From Candidatus Omnitrophota bacterium (lineage in GTDB: Bacteria > CAIJMQ01): DNA of 64,000 nucleotides. The notes under the pieces are model-generated. The model saw nothing but the letters and a program-made list of their open reading frames with translations. It ran no database searches and was not told the DNA's origin. The DNA lies in contig JAHJCU010000005.1 of assembly GCA_018812925.1 (NCBI GenBank), positions 70,957 through 134,956 on the forward strand. Reading direction: 5' to 3'. The position numbers and the translations under genes were made by a program. Shown here one piece after another: positions 37,350-46,738 of the stretch. Numbering within the stretch: the stretch's first letter is position 1; each line of letters begins with the position of its first letter.

Positions 37350-38075
37350 ATGAATTTGTTGAATAAAAAGTTTGCTGGCTTTACATTGATAGAATTGTTG
37401 GTTGTTATTGCGATTATCGGAATCTTGGCTGCATTGATACTGCCGGCATTGAATAGAGCAAGAGAGAATGCCAGACACGCTGTCTGCTCAAGCAATCTAA
37501 AGCAGATTGGTCTTGGAATGCACCTGTTTGCGGGTGACCATAATGAGAGTTTTCCGATGGGTGACGTGACTGGTGCTTCTACTACTGTTTTCACCAGTGC
37601 CACAACAAAGGGTAGTTTTGCGCGCTTATGGCCTGATTATATTAAGCCTTTTAGGACATATATCTGCCCGAGTAATATTTTAGCTCAACCAGCTACTATT
37701 GTTGGTAATGCGACTACAGGATTTCTAAATACAAGTGCTGCAACCTGCCACTATGCTTATAATATCGGGTTTAATGAATCAGTCCGGTCCGATACTGTCC
37801 TGGCTATGGACCAGACATACAACGATGGTAATGCTATAAATACATCACCCTATTGGATTACCACTCCGGTGGTTGGAGTAAACCTTACGACTACAAAGGG
37901 AGCTGGCTCCCAATTTCTTAACCATACTACCGATGGTGTCAATGTGCTGTTTGTCGCTGGTCATGTAAAGTGGATTAAACCTGTAAAATCAGGCATTAAT
38001 AAGGTGCTTTCTACAACTGATCTACCCGGATTGAGTGGCACCTCAAATGACACCTTAAATCCTGATAATGATTGA
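37350..38075 (+). CDS. Prepilin-type N-terminal cleavage/methylation domain protein, DUF1559-like.
   Basis: '[51 protein letters not shown]' is a class III signal followed by the DUF1559 consensus. The C-terminus has '[12 protein letters not shown]' (a degenerate H-X9-DG motif). Confidence 0.7.
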   Translation: MNLLNKKFAGFTLIELLVVIAIIGILAALILPALNRARENARHAVCSSNLKQIGLGMHLFAGDHNESFPMGDVTGASTTVFTSATTKGSFARLWPDYIKPFRTYICPSNILAQPATIVGNATTGFLNTSAATCHYAYNIGFNESVRSDTVLAMDQTYNDGNAINTSPYWITTPVVGVNLTTTKGAGSQFLNHTTDGVNVLFVAGHVKWIKPVKSGINKVLSTTDLPGLSGTSNDTLNPDND

Positions 38076-38299
38076 TGATATTTAATGAATAAAATGGATA
38101 ACTTTTTTCGTGTTGGAGGTCTGACTTCTTATAAACACGGTAAAGGTAATGAAGCCCGTATCGGTTAATTTACGTAACTCGTAATTGGTAATTAGTAATT
38201 TTTAAAATTACGGATTACGATTTACAGATTACCGATTACAAAAAAATGGGCATCGTAACCCTAACCAGGATAACGTTTCTTAAAGAAAGGAGATGAAAA

Positions 38300-39169
38300 A
38301 TGATGATGAGTAGATTAAAGGTTAAAGATACAAGATTCCGCAATCTGCAATCTGAAGTCGGTTTTACCCTCATCGAGCTTTTGGTTGTGATAGCGATTAT
38401 CGGGATTCTTGCCGCACTCATACTTCCGGCATTGATCCGAGCAAGAGAATTGGCCCAAAGGGTTTCCTGCGTTAGTAACCTAAAAGATATCGGTCTTGCG
38501 ATGAATTTATACGCCATGGATAATCAGGAACACTTTCCGCATCGCCTATATATGGACGTAGTCTACCTTGGAAGCTTTTCTATGGCACAGTTATATCCTG
38601 ATTATGAAAGCGATTGGGCCATCTTCGTTTGCCCTTCTTCCGATCAAGTAATAAATCCAGTAGTAGGAACTGTTGAGGAGCAAAGATACGAATTTTTCTC
38701 CAGTAATTCGCCTTCTAACCCTAATAAGTTACCACATTGCTCCTATGCTGTGCAGGCTCATCCTGAAATCCTCACTGAGCCACTCACACAAATGCATTTT
38801 AATTTGACAGAAGGAAGGTCTGTTGTATGGTTTATTGACAGAGCTCAACCAAATGGTTATGGTATAAGCCCAATAAACAATCACTTTGGTCACAATTTGG
38901 TAACTGTTGGCACAACAAATTACATTGTGCTGGGTTACAATGTGAAGCCTGCTCCCAATAATCAGTTCGCCAGCCCTACCCACGGAGCTGAAGGAACGAA
39001 TATCTTGTTTTCAGATGGCGGTGCAGGATGGGTTAAAACTAAGCCCATTATGGTTGGTGCTGTCCAGCGCTGGGGTATATCTAATAATGATGTCTCTACT
39101 TTAGCCCAGTATTGGAAGGCAGGTTGGGAAAATCTCTTTTTCCAATATGTCTGTCAGCCCAATGGATAA
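38300..39169 (+). CDS. Prepilin-type N-terminal domain protein, DUF1559-like (paralog of the upstream gene).
   Basis: '[61 protein letters not shown]' and '[20 protein letters not shown]'. Confidence 0.7.
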   Translation: MMMSRLKVKDTRFRNLQSEVGFTLIELLVVIAIIGILAALILPALIRARELAQRVSCVSNLKDIGLAMNLYAMDNQEHFPHRLYMDVVYLGSFSMAQLYPDYESDWAIFVCPSSDQVINPVVGTVEEQRYEFFSSNSPSNPNKLPHCSYAVQAHPEILTEPLTQMHFNLTEGRSVVWFIDRAQPNGYGISPINNHFGHNLVTVGTTNYIVLGYNVKPAPNNQFASPTHGAEGTNILFSDGGAGWVKTKPIMVGAVQRWGISNNDVSTLAQYWKAGWENLFFQYVCQPNG

Positions 39170-39240
39170 TTAGAAAAGAAAGGTAGGGAAAATGGGACGG
39201 TTCTTTTAAAATAGAGTTGTCCCCTTTTCTATTAGTTCTT

Positions 39241-39393
39241 GTCATTGAGAGAGAGCGAAAGCAACCGAAGTAATCTAAAAAGCGAGATTGCCTGCCCGCA
39301 AAGATTTGGCAGGCGGGCTTTGCCTTTGGCTCGCCCCTAGGAATCTGGAAGATTTCAGGGACTTTAGTCCTGGAAATTCGTACGAATTTCTCA
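39241..39393 (+). repeat. MITE-like element (family A, full-length copy 2).
   Basis: GTCATTGAGAGAGAGCGAAAGC ... GATTTC-AGGGACTTTAGTCCT-GGAAATTCGTACGAATTTC-TCAGGGCAATGAC. It contains an inner CTGCCCGC/GCGGGC hairpin. Confidence 0.6.
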
Positions 39394-39607
39394 GGGCAAT
39401 GACACTTATTTTATTTGTATTAAACATTGGACATTTCATTAAGAACTAGAAATTGGTAATTAGAAATTTAAGTAGAGCAGAACCAAAAGTTCATAAATAG
39501 GCAACTACAAAGCAAGACAGTTTAGAGAGAGCCGCTTTTCTTTTCATATTACATTTCCGCAATTGTAAATCCTATTAAAATTGTTATATAATTCAATTTC
39601 TAAAGCC

Positions 39608-39693
39608 GCCGGGATGGCGGAATTGGTAGACGCCTGGGATTTAAAATCCCATGGACCTTAAAGTCCGTGCCGGTTCAAGTCCGGCTTCCGGCA
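39608..39693 (+). tRNA. tRNA-Leu (anticodon TAA).
   Basis: Acceptor GCCGGGA/TTCCGGC, anticodon stem TGGGA/TCCCA with loop TTTAAAA, long variable arm, T-arm GCCGG-TTCAAGT-CCGGC. Confidence 0.8.
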
Positions 39694-39779
39694 CTGTATG
39701 ATTTTGGATTTCAGAATTCGGATTGCGGATTACAAATTTTCTATTCCGAAATCTGAAATCATAAATCCGCAATGGAATG

Positions 39780-39853
39780 GGGCGATTAGCTCAGTTGGTT
39801 AGAGTGCCACGTTGACATCGTGGAGGTCAGAGGTTCAAATCCTCTATCGCCCA
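39780..39853 (+). tRNA. tRNA-Val (anticodon GAC).
   Basis: Acceptor GGGCGAT/ATCGCCC, anticodon stem CCACG/CGTGG with loop TTGACAT, T-arm AGAGG-TTCAAAT-CCTCT. Confidence 0.85.
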
Positions 39854-39919
39854 CTAACTAAAAAGGATAAAAGAATTAGCCAATACGATAGAAATAGTGA
39901 TATTGGCTGTTAGGTATTT

Positions 39920-41659
39920 ATGAAACAGAAGCCACAAGATTCCTCACTTGAAACATATAGGCATAGTACTTCTCATATTCTTGCCTATGCTGTAAAAGAA
40001 CTCTATCCTGGGGTAAAATTAGGCATAGGTCCTGCTATTGAAGATGGTTTTTATTACGATTTCGACCTTTCCCACAGGTTTGTTCCCGAAGACCTCGCCA
40101 ATATTGAAAAGAAAATGCAGGAGATTATAAATTGTGCTTATGAATTTGTAAGAGAAGAATATTCCAAAGAAGAAGCCATTGAAATCTTTAAAGCGAAAGG
40201 TGAGAAATATAAAGTAGAGCTTTTACAAGAAATAAAAGATAAGCAAGTTTTCTTCTTTACCTCAGGCGATTTTGTTGACCTATGCAGAGGACCGCACGTT
40301 GAATCAACAGGTAAGATTAAATCTTTCAAGTTACTTCGAATCTCGGGGGCTTACTGGAGAGGCAGCGAAAAAAATCCTATGCTTCAGAGGATATACGGCA
40401 CGGCATTTTACAAAGATAATGAATTAAAAGATTATTTGAATAAATTGGAGGAAGCTAAGAAGCGAGACCACAGAAAAATCGGCAAAGAATTAGACCTGTT
40501 TTCTATTCAAGAGGAATCTGGTTTAGGGCTGGTTTTGTGGCATCCCAAAGGCGCTGTTATAAGAAGAACTATAGAAGATTTCTGGTACAAAGAACACGAG
40601 AAACGCGGTTATGACATTGTATATACTCCGCATATTTTAAAGAGTAAATTATGGCAGAAGAGCGGACATACCGAATTTTACAAAGAGAATATGTTTCCCA
40701 CGTTGAAGTTTGAAGATAGCGAAGAAGAATATACGCTTAAACCGATGAATTGCCCTGGGCATATTCTCATATATAAATCTTCCAAAAGAAGCTATCGTGA
40801 GTTACCGATAAGGTATGCAGAACTTGGAACAGTTTACAGATACGAAAAAAGCGGCGTGTTGCACGGATTGTTGAGGGTGAGAGGTTTTACTCAGGATGAC
40901 GCCCATATTTTTTGCACGCTGGAACAGTTAAAAGATGAAATATCAGGCGTCGTTGATTTTGTTCAGTTTATGCTGAAAAGTTTTGGACTAGATTATTTCG
41001 CATTTCTTGCAACCCGTCCTGAAAAATTTTCAGGAAGCTCTCAAGATTGGGACAAAGCGGAGAATACTCTAAAAGAAGTTCTGGAAGAGAAAAAGATTGA
41101 TTATGAAGTGGATGAAGGCGCTGCGGTATTTTACGGTCCCAAGATAGATGTAAAGATAAAAGACGCTTTAGGGCATTTTGAACAAGGTCCTACTATTCAA
41201 TTTGATTTTAATCTACCGAAGAAGTTTGATGTCACTTATGTTGGAGAAGATGGACAGGAACATAATGTTGTGATGGTCCACAGAGTTGTTTTGGGTAGTA
41301 TGGAGCGTTTTTTTGGAACTTTGATTGAATACTACGGCGGGGCATTCCCTATATGGCTGTCACCTGTCCAGGTTAAAGTTCTTCCCATATCTGAAGATAT
41401 TCTGCCTTATGCTAAGGAAGTATATTCCCAGATTAAATCAGCCGGGATAAGAGTTGAAGTTGATTCAAAAAATGCGACCTTAGGTTATAAAATCAGGGAA
41501 GCTGAAAAGGAGAAAACCCCATACATAGTAGTGTTGGGTAAAAACGAAGAAAAGGAGAAAACGCTTTCCGTAAGGAAAAGAAAAGAAGGGGACAAGGGGA
41601 AAATCAATATAGAACAGTTTATTAATAATATTAAAAAAGAAATAGAAGATTATACATAA
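39920..41659 (+). CDS. thrS: Threonine--tRNA ligase (lacks the N-terminal TGS extension).
   Basis: Editing-domain 'HSTSHILAYA', class II motifs 'FRELPIRYAELGTVYRYE' and 'GFTQDDAHIF', and a C-terminal anticodon-binding domain. 579 aa. Confidence 0.9.
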   Translation: MKQKPQDSSLETYRHSTSHILAYAVKELYPGVKLGIGPAIEDGFYYDFDLSHRFVPEDLANIEKKMQEIINCAYEFVREEYSKEEAIEIFKAKGEKYKVELLQEIKDKQVFFFTSGDFVDLCRGPHVESTGKIKSFKLLRISGAYWRGSEKNPMLQRIYGTAFYKDNELKDYLNKLEEAKKRDHRKIGKELDLFSIQEESGLGLVLWHPKGAVIRRTIEDFWYKEHEKRGYDIVYTPHILKSKLWQKSGHTEFYKENMFPTLKFEDSEEEYTLKPMNCPGHILIYKSSKRSYRELPIRYAELGTVYRYEKSGVLHGLLRVRGFTQDDAHIFCTLEQLKDEISGVVDFVQFMLKSFGLDYFAFLATRPEKFSGSSQDWDKAENTLKEVLEEKKIDYEVDEGAAVFYGPKIDVKIKDALGHFEQGPTIQFDFNLPKKFDVTYVGEDGQEHNVVMVHRVVLGSMERFFGTLIEYYGGAFPIWLSPVQVKVLPISEDILPYAKEVYSQIKSAGIRVEVDSKNATLGYKIREAEKEKTPYIVVLGKNEEKEKTLSVRKRKEGDKGKINIEQFINNIKKEIEDYT

Positions 41660-41691
41660 CTAATAATGTTATATTAAAAAAGGAGTGAAAA

Positions 41692-43812
41692 ATGAGTGTA
41701 GTTGTAGAAACAAAAATCGGAGAAAAGAATCTTATTATTGAAACGGGGAAATTAGCCAAGCAGGCAGACGGCGCTGTAGTTGTCAGTTATGGCGACACTG
41801 TAGTTCTTACCACCGTTGTAGCGCGTGAACTGCAGGATATACCTCCATACTTTCCTTTATTTGTCGATTATAGAGAAATGACATATGCTTCGGGTAAAAT
41901 ACCCGGCGGGTTTTTCAAAAGAGAAGGCAGGCCTTCAGAAAAAGAAATCGTGACATCAAGAATGATAGACCGTCCCCTAAGACCTCTTTTTGCTGACGGT
42001 TATCTGGAAGAGATTCAGATCGTTTCTAATGCTCTTTCTGCGGACGGAGAAATTGACCCTGATATACTAGGAATTATTGGTGCTTCAGCGGCCCTGGCAA
42101 TTTCCGACATACCCTTTCCTGCTCCTGTAGGGGCGGTTAGGATAGGTAAAATCGGAGATAAATTTATTGTTAATCCTACCTATAAACAAGTGGATGAAGG
42201 TGGATTAGATTTAGTAGTTTGCGGTTGGGGTGATGGCGTGTCTATGGTGGAAGGCGATGCAAAAGAGATATCCGAAGAGGTTATTCTTGAAGCGTTGAAG
42301 TTGGGACAGGAAGTTTGCGGAGAAATTTCATCTCTTATCCAACAGTTGGTTAAAAAAGTAGGAGTTTCTAAAAAAGAAATTAAAGTTGTTTCTATTCCCG
42401 AAGAACTGGAAAAAGAAATAGAAGATTTTGCTTCAAAAAGAATTGATGAAACAAAAAAGATTGAAGTTAAGAAAAAAAGAGTAATGCAGGCGAAGCTGTT
42501 GAAAAAAGAATGCGTAGAAAAATTTGGCGAGACGTATTCCGAAAAAATTGTGGAAATGGCTTTGGGAAAATTAGAGCAGAAGAAATTCAGAGAGAAAATA
42601 ATTAATGAAGCTGTAAGGTCAGACGGCAGAAAGAGAGATGAAGTAAGACCCATAACATGTGAAGTTGGTATATTGCCAAGAACGCACGGCTCGGCTGTTT
42701 TTACCCGAGGCGAAACGCAGAGTTTGGTAACTGCAACGCTGGGGACTTCGGAAGATGAGAAAAGAATGGATGAACTAAGAGGTGAATCTAAGAAGACATT
42801 TATGCTTCATTATAATTTTCCGCCGTTTTCGGTTGGAGAAGTCAAACCCATGAGGGGTCCATCCAGAAGAGACATAGGTCATGGCAATTTAGCCGAAAGA
42901 GCTTTGAAACCTATGATGCCGGATTGGGAAGACTTTCCTTACACCATAAGATTGGTATCCGATATACTTGAGTCCAATGGCTCTTCTTCTATGGCTAGCG
43001 TATGCGGAGCGTCGCTTTCCTGTTTTGACGCGGGTATTCCTCTTAAAAAAGCGGTGGCAGGTGTGGCATTAGGCGTTATAAAAGAAGGTAAGAAATATGT
43101 TCTTCTTTCAGACATTGCAGGAGCCGAAGATAAATACGGCGATATGGACTTAAAAATAGCCGGAACCAATGAAGGAGTTACCGCTATTCAAATGGACGTT
43201 AAAATAAAAGGTATAGAATTCGATATTTTGAAAGAAGCATTTTTGCAGTCCAAGCAAGCCCGAAAACACATATTAGACATAATGAATAAGACAATTAGCT
43301 CTGCTCGTGAATCGGTTTCTGTCTATGCTCCGCTTATAACCATTATCGATATTAATCCTGAAAAAATCGGGGCTTTTATTGGTCCAGGTGGTAAGAATAT
43401 ACGCAAGATTATTGCGGAAACAGGAGCAAAAATAGATATTGATGATGAGAAAAATAAAGTGATTGTAGCCGGAGTAGATCAGGAAAGCACAAAGAAAGCT
43501 GTAGCATATGTTGAGGCATATACGCATGAAGTCAAGGCAGGAGAGATATATGACGCAACAGTGACTAAGGTTATGCAATTCGGTGCTTTTGTTGAAATTC
43601 TTCCCGGACAAGAAGGTCTTGTCCATGTTTCTGAATTGGATTCAAATTTTGTTAAAAACGTTGAAGATGCAGTCAAGGAAGGCGATAAATTCAAGGTGAA
43701 AGTTTTAAAAATAGATGAGAAAGGGAGAATAAATCTTTCTCGAAAAGCAATGCAGGGGAAGGAAACGAAGGACGAGAAAAACAAAAAACGAAAAAAGCGT
43801 CCATCGTCCTAG
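41692..43812 (+). CDS. pnp: Polyribonucleotide nucleotidyltransferase.
   Basis: Two RNase PH domains, a KH domain ('IGPGGKNIRKI') and an S1 domain ('GEIYDATVTKVMQFGAFVEI'). 706 aa. Confidence 0.9.
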   Translation: MSVVVETKIGEKNLIIETGKLAKQADGAVVVSYGDTVVLTTVVARELQDIPPYFPLFVDYREMTYASGKIPGGFFKREGRPSEKEIVTSRMIDRPLRPLFADGYLEEIQIVSNALSADGEIDPDILGIIGASAALAISDIPFPAPVGAVRIGKIGDKFIVNPTYKQVDEGGLDLVVCGWGDGVSMVEGDAKEISEEVILEALKLGQEVCGEISSLIQQLVKKVGVSKKEIKVVSIPEELEKEIEDFASKRIDETKKIEVKKKRVMQAKLLKKECVEKFGETYSEKIVEMALGKLEQKKFREKIINEAVRSDGRKRDEVRPITCEVGILPRTHGSAVFTRGETQSLVTATLGTSEDEKRMDELRGESKKTFMLHYNFPPFSVGEVKPMRGPSRRDIGHGNLAERALKPMMPDWEDFPYTIRLVSDILESNGSSSMASVCGASLSCFDAGIPLKKAVAGVALGVIKEGKKYVLLSDIAGAEDKYGDMDLKIAGTNEGVTAIQMDVKIKGIEFDILKEAFLQSKQARKHILDIMNKTISSARESVSVYAPLITIIDINPEKIGAFIGPGGKNIRKIIAETGAKIDIDDEKNKVIVAGVDQESTKKAVAYVEAYTHEVKAGEIYDATVTKVMQFGAFVEILPGQEGLVHVSELDSNFVKNVEDAVKEGDKFKVKVLKIDEKGRINLSRKAMQGKETKDEKNKKRKKRPSS

Positions 43813-43851
43813 CGAAGCGGTCGTCTGTCGTGTGTCATTTCACTTTTTACT

Positions 43852-44289
43852 ATGATGGAACTGAAAATAGAGAGAACAGAAGAAGCTAAAAGGATTAATC
43901 TTCCTTTGCCGTTATATCAGCACGAAGGCGATGCCGGGTTTGATTTAAGGTCGGCAAAACAGTGTGTAATCCAAAAAGGGACAAGACAAACAATTCCCAC
44001 CGGTATAAAAATAGCAATTCCCTCGGGCTATTTTGGTCTTGTAAAAGACCGCAGCGGTTTAGCTTCCAAACACGGAATTCATACGCTTGCGGGAGTCATT
44101 GATTCCGGCTATCGGGGCGAAGTTGCGGTTGTTCTCCACAATTTCGCAGAAGAAGATTTTACTATTGATGTGGGAATGAGAATTGCTCAGCTTTTAATTG
44201 TCCCGGTTGTTTGTGTGAAAATAAAGGAAACTTCTCTTGACGAAACTTCCCGAGGTGCAGACGGCTGGGGAAGCACAGGACATAAATAA
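43852..44289 (+). CDS. dut: dUTP diphosphatase.
   Basis: 'HEGDAGFDLRS', 'GLVKDRSGLASKHGI' and 'GVIDSGYRGEV' dUTPase motifs. Confidence 0.85.
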   Translation: MMELKIERTEEAKRINLPLPLYQHEGDAGFDLRSAKQCVIQKGTRQTIPTGIKIAIPSGYFGLVKDRSGLASKHGIHTLAGVIDSGYRGEVAVVLHNFAEEDFTIDVGMRIAQLLIVPVVCVKIKETSLDETSRGADGWGSTGHK

Positions 44290-44328
44290 AAGTTTAACAG
44301 TTATTCATGTTAAAATTGCGAATAGAAT

Positions 44329-45261
44329 ATGTTCCATAAGCAAATTGTAATAATTGACAATAAGGAAATTGCCGCCGGTTATTTTGTTATGGAACTTATA
44401 TCTTCCCAAATAGCCCAAAATTCATTCCCCGGACAATTCCTCCATATAAAATGTTCTTCCGATTCCCAACCCTTACTACGCAGGCCTTTAAGTATACACA
44501 GAGTAATAGACAAAAAAACAATAGAAATCTTATACAAAGTGGTAGGCAAGGGCACTCATTATCTTTCCGAAAGAAAAAAGGGGGGGGAAATAGATTGTTT
44601 GGGTCCCTTGGGAAACGGATTTGAACTACCGAAAACCGAAAACCCCCTTAGAAATTCTATGGAATTTCAAGGACCAAAGTCCCGGAAATCTTTCAGATTT
44701 CTCGGGGGGAAACCGAAAACCGAAATTTTACTTGTTGCTGGCGGAATAGGGATAGCGCCTTTATTTTTTCTTATAGAAAGGATAACGAAAACCGATAACC
44801 TCCTTAGAAATTCTATGGAATTTCAAGGACCAAAGTCCCGGAAATCTTTCAGATTTCTCGGGGGGAAACCGATAACTGTATTTATTGGAGCAAAGACAAA
44901 AGATGAAATTTTATGCGCTAACGAACTTAAAAGTTTGGGAGTAGAATTACACATCGCCACTGAAGACGGTAGTATGGGATACAAAGGATTAGTAAGCGAC
45001 CTCTTGAAAAATAATCTGTCATCTGTCATCTGTCATCTGTCATCTGTTGTTTACGCCTGCGGACCGAAAGCAATGTTGAAAGAAATCGCTCTTATATCTA
45101 AAAAACACCAAATTCCCTGTCAGGTATCTTTCGAACAATTTATGGGATGTGGGATAGGTATATGCAATGCTTGTGTTATTAAAACCAAACATGGATATAG
45201 GCGGGTTTGTAAAGACGGTCCCGTCTTTAAGTCGGAAGAAATTGATTGGAATAAAATATAA
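44329..45261 (+). CDS. pyrK: Dihydroorotate dehydrogenase electron-transfer subunit. It carries three in-frame repeat insertions.
   Basis: FAD/NAD-binding 'RRPLSIHRV' and 'LLVAGGIGIAPL', plus a C-terminal 2Fe-2S 'CGIGICNAC...C'. At 310 aa it is ~50-60 aa longer than typical PyrK, owing to the duplicated 'LRNSMEFQGPKSRKSFRFLGGKP' peptide and 'SSVICHLSSV'. Confidence 0.8.
   Translation: MFHKQIVIIDNKEIAAGYFVMELISSQIAQNSFPGQFLHIKCSSDSQPLLRRPLSIHRVIDKKTIEILYKVVGKGTHYLSERKKGGEIDCLGPLGNGFELPKTENPLRNSMEFQGPKSRKSFRFLGGKPKTEILLVAGGIGIAPLFFLIERITKTDNLLRNSMEFQGPKSRKSFRFLGGKPITVFIGAKTKDEILCANELKSLGVELHIATEDGSMGYKGLVSDLLKNNLSSVICHLSSVVYACGPKAMLKEIALISKKHQIPCQVSFEQFMGCGIGICNACVIKTKHGYRRVCKDGPVFKSEEIDWNKI
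44644..44709 (+). repeat. Family A triple-hairpin core, in-frame within pyrK (copy 1).
   Basis: CCTTAGAAATTCTATGGAATTTC-AAGGACCAAAGTCCCGG-AAATCTTTCAGATTTC-TCGGGGGG, flanked by direct repeats GAAAACCGAAAACC / AAACCGAAAACC. Confidence 0.7.
44800..44865 (+). repeat. Family A triple-hairpin core, in-frame within pyrK (copy 2). It is 100% identical to copy 1 over 66 bp.
   Basis: Flanked by GAAAACCGATAACC / AAACCGATAAC direct repeats. Confidence 0.7.
45016..45043 (+). repeat. (CTGTCAT)x4 perfect tandem heptamer inside the pyrK coding region.
   Basis: ctgtcatctgtcatctgtcatctgtcat read directly. 28 bp is not a multiple of 3, but the frame is preserved downstream. Confidence 0.8.
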
Positions 45262-45287
45262 CGAGATTTCGGATTGCAGAGTGCGGA

Positions 45288-46244
45288 TTGCGGAATGAAA
45301 AAAGTCCGAAAGAAAATATCAAAATGAAAAATAAACAAAATCTTTCAGTTAAACTCGGGAATATAAAACTTCAAAATCCTGTTATCTTAGCTTCGGGAAC
45401 CTGTGGATTTGGTGAAGAGATATCGGAGTTTCTAGATTTAGGAAAAATCGGAGCGTTAATTACCAAGACAATCACGCTCAAACCTAAGGAAGGCAATCCT
45501 CCACCCAGAATTGCAGAAATCGAAGGCGGTATTATAAATTCAATCGGACTGGAAAATCCTGGAGTAGAAGTATTCATAAAAGAAAAACTGCCATTTTTGA
45601 AAAAAATAAAGATTCCATTTTTTGTAAGCATATCAGGCGAAACAGACGAAGAATTTGTAGAACTTGCAAGAATTTTAGACGGGCAAAAGCAAATAAGCGC
45701 AATAGAGCTTAATCTATCTTGCCCGAATTTGAAAAGAGGTAGGAATCTATTCGGGCAAGATCCAAAAATAACTTATAACATTATCAAAAAAGTTAAAAAA
45801 ATAACATCTATACCGATTATTGCCAAACTTACTCCGCAGGTAAAAAACATAACTGAAATAGCACTTGCCTGCCAAAAAGCGGACTGCGATATCATATCTT
45901 TAATAAACACAATTCCTGCAATGGTAATAGATTTAGCAACAGGAAAACCCTTCTTAGGCGGGATTACGGGTGGACTTTCAGGCCCCGCAATAAAACCTAT
46001 CGCATTAAAAATGGTTTATGATGTAGCAAAAACGGTAGATATTCCGATAATCGGATGCGGCGGAATAACAAGCGGCAAAGATGCGATTGAATTCATGCTC
46101 GCAGGCGCGTCAGCCGTATCTATCGGCACCGCAAGCTTAGTGTCTCCTGATTCTTCAATAGAAATAATAAAAGAAATAGAAGACTATCTCGTCCGGCACA
46201 AAATTGATTCTTTAAAAGAACTTGTGGGCAGCATTCACAAGTAA
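45288..46244 (+). CDS. pyrD: Dihydroorotate dehydrogenase catalytic subunit (class 1B).
   Basis: 'LSVKLGNIKLQNPVILASGTCGFG', 'NLSCPN' and 'IGCGGITSGKDAIEFMLAGASAV'. Confidence 0.85.
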   Translation: MRNEKSPKENIKMKNKQNLSVKLGNIKLQNPVILASGTCGFGEEISEFLDLGKIGALITKTITLKPKEGNPPPRIAEIEGGIINSIGLENPGVEVFIKEKLPFLKKIKIPFFVSISGETDEEFVELARILDGQKQISAIELNLSCPNLKRGRNLFGQDPKITYNIIKKVKKITSIPIIAKLTPQVKNITEIALACQKADCDIISLINTIPAMVIDLATGKPFLGGITGGLSGPAIKPIALKMVYDVAKTVDIPIIGCGGITSGKDAIEFMLAGASAVSIGTASLVSPDSSIEIIKEIEDYLVRHKIDSLKELVGSIHK

Positions 46245-46342
46245 GCCTCCCAAAATTTTCTCCGTTTCTTTCCCCCTAACCCCTTGACTAACAATATTTA
46301 GTAGTGTATTATTACATTAGTACACTGATGGAGAGATAAGCA

Positions 46343-46738
46343 ATGTATATCAAAATAAATTCTGAAAGCGGAGTGCCTTTATATCTGCAGATTACCAAGC
46401 AAGTGAGATACCTCGTGGCATGCGGCGCTTTAAAATCAGGCGATAAATTGCCTACGGTTAGAGAGTTAGCTATTCAACTGCGAATAAATCCTAATACGGT
46501 TGCAAAAGCATACCGCGAGTTGCAGCACGAAAAAATAATCGACAGCAAATGGGGAGAAGGTAATTTTATCTCGGAAGAAGTAAAAAAGGTAACCGAATCT
46601 CAGAAGGGAAAAATCATCTCCGAAATTCTGGATAACGCAATCCGGCAAGCAGTGGATATCGGTCTTTCAAAAGAAGAACTAACCAAACTTTTTTCTCAAC
46701 AACTTAAAATAACAAAACCGAAAGGAGCGGAAAAATGA
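46343..46738 (+). CDS. GntR-family (YtrA-like, short) transcriptional regulator.
   Basis: 'GDKLPTVRELAIQLRINPNTVAKAYRELQHEKII' is a GntR winged HTH. 131 aa with no effector domain. Confidence 0.8.
   Translation: MYIKINSESGVPLYLQITKQVRYLVACGALKSGDKLPTVRELAIQLRINPNTVAKAYRELQHEKIIDSKWGEGNFISEEVKKVTESQKGKIISEILDNAIRQAVDIGLSKEELTKLFSQQLKITKPKGAEK

Noticed and set aside
37253-37603. Minus-strand ORFs (37253-37603 and 38236-38517) overlapping the starts of the two DUF1559 genes.
   Set aside because: They are mirror images of the pilin-like hydrophobic N-termini (antisense of the [11 protein letters not shown] coding sequence) and are not independent genes.
42180-42653. A 157-aa minus-strand ORF inside pnp.
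   Set aside because: Antisense shadow ORF with Ser-rich low complexity.
45016-45043. The CTGTCAT x4 tandem repeat, considered as a possible CRISPR-like or spacer array.
   Set aside because: The units are only 7 bp with no spacers, and it is inside a coding sequence. It is a microsatellite, not a CRISPR array. No CRISPR arrays were found anywhere in the window.
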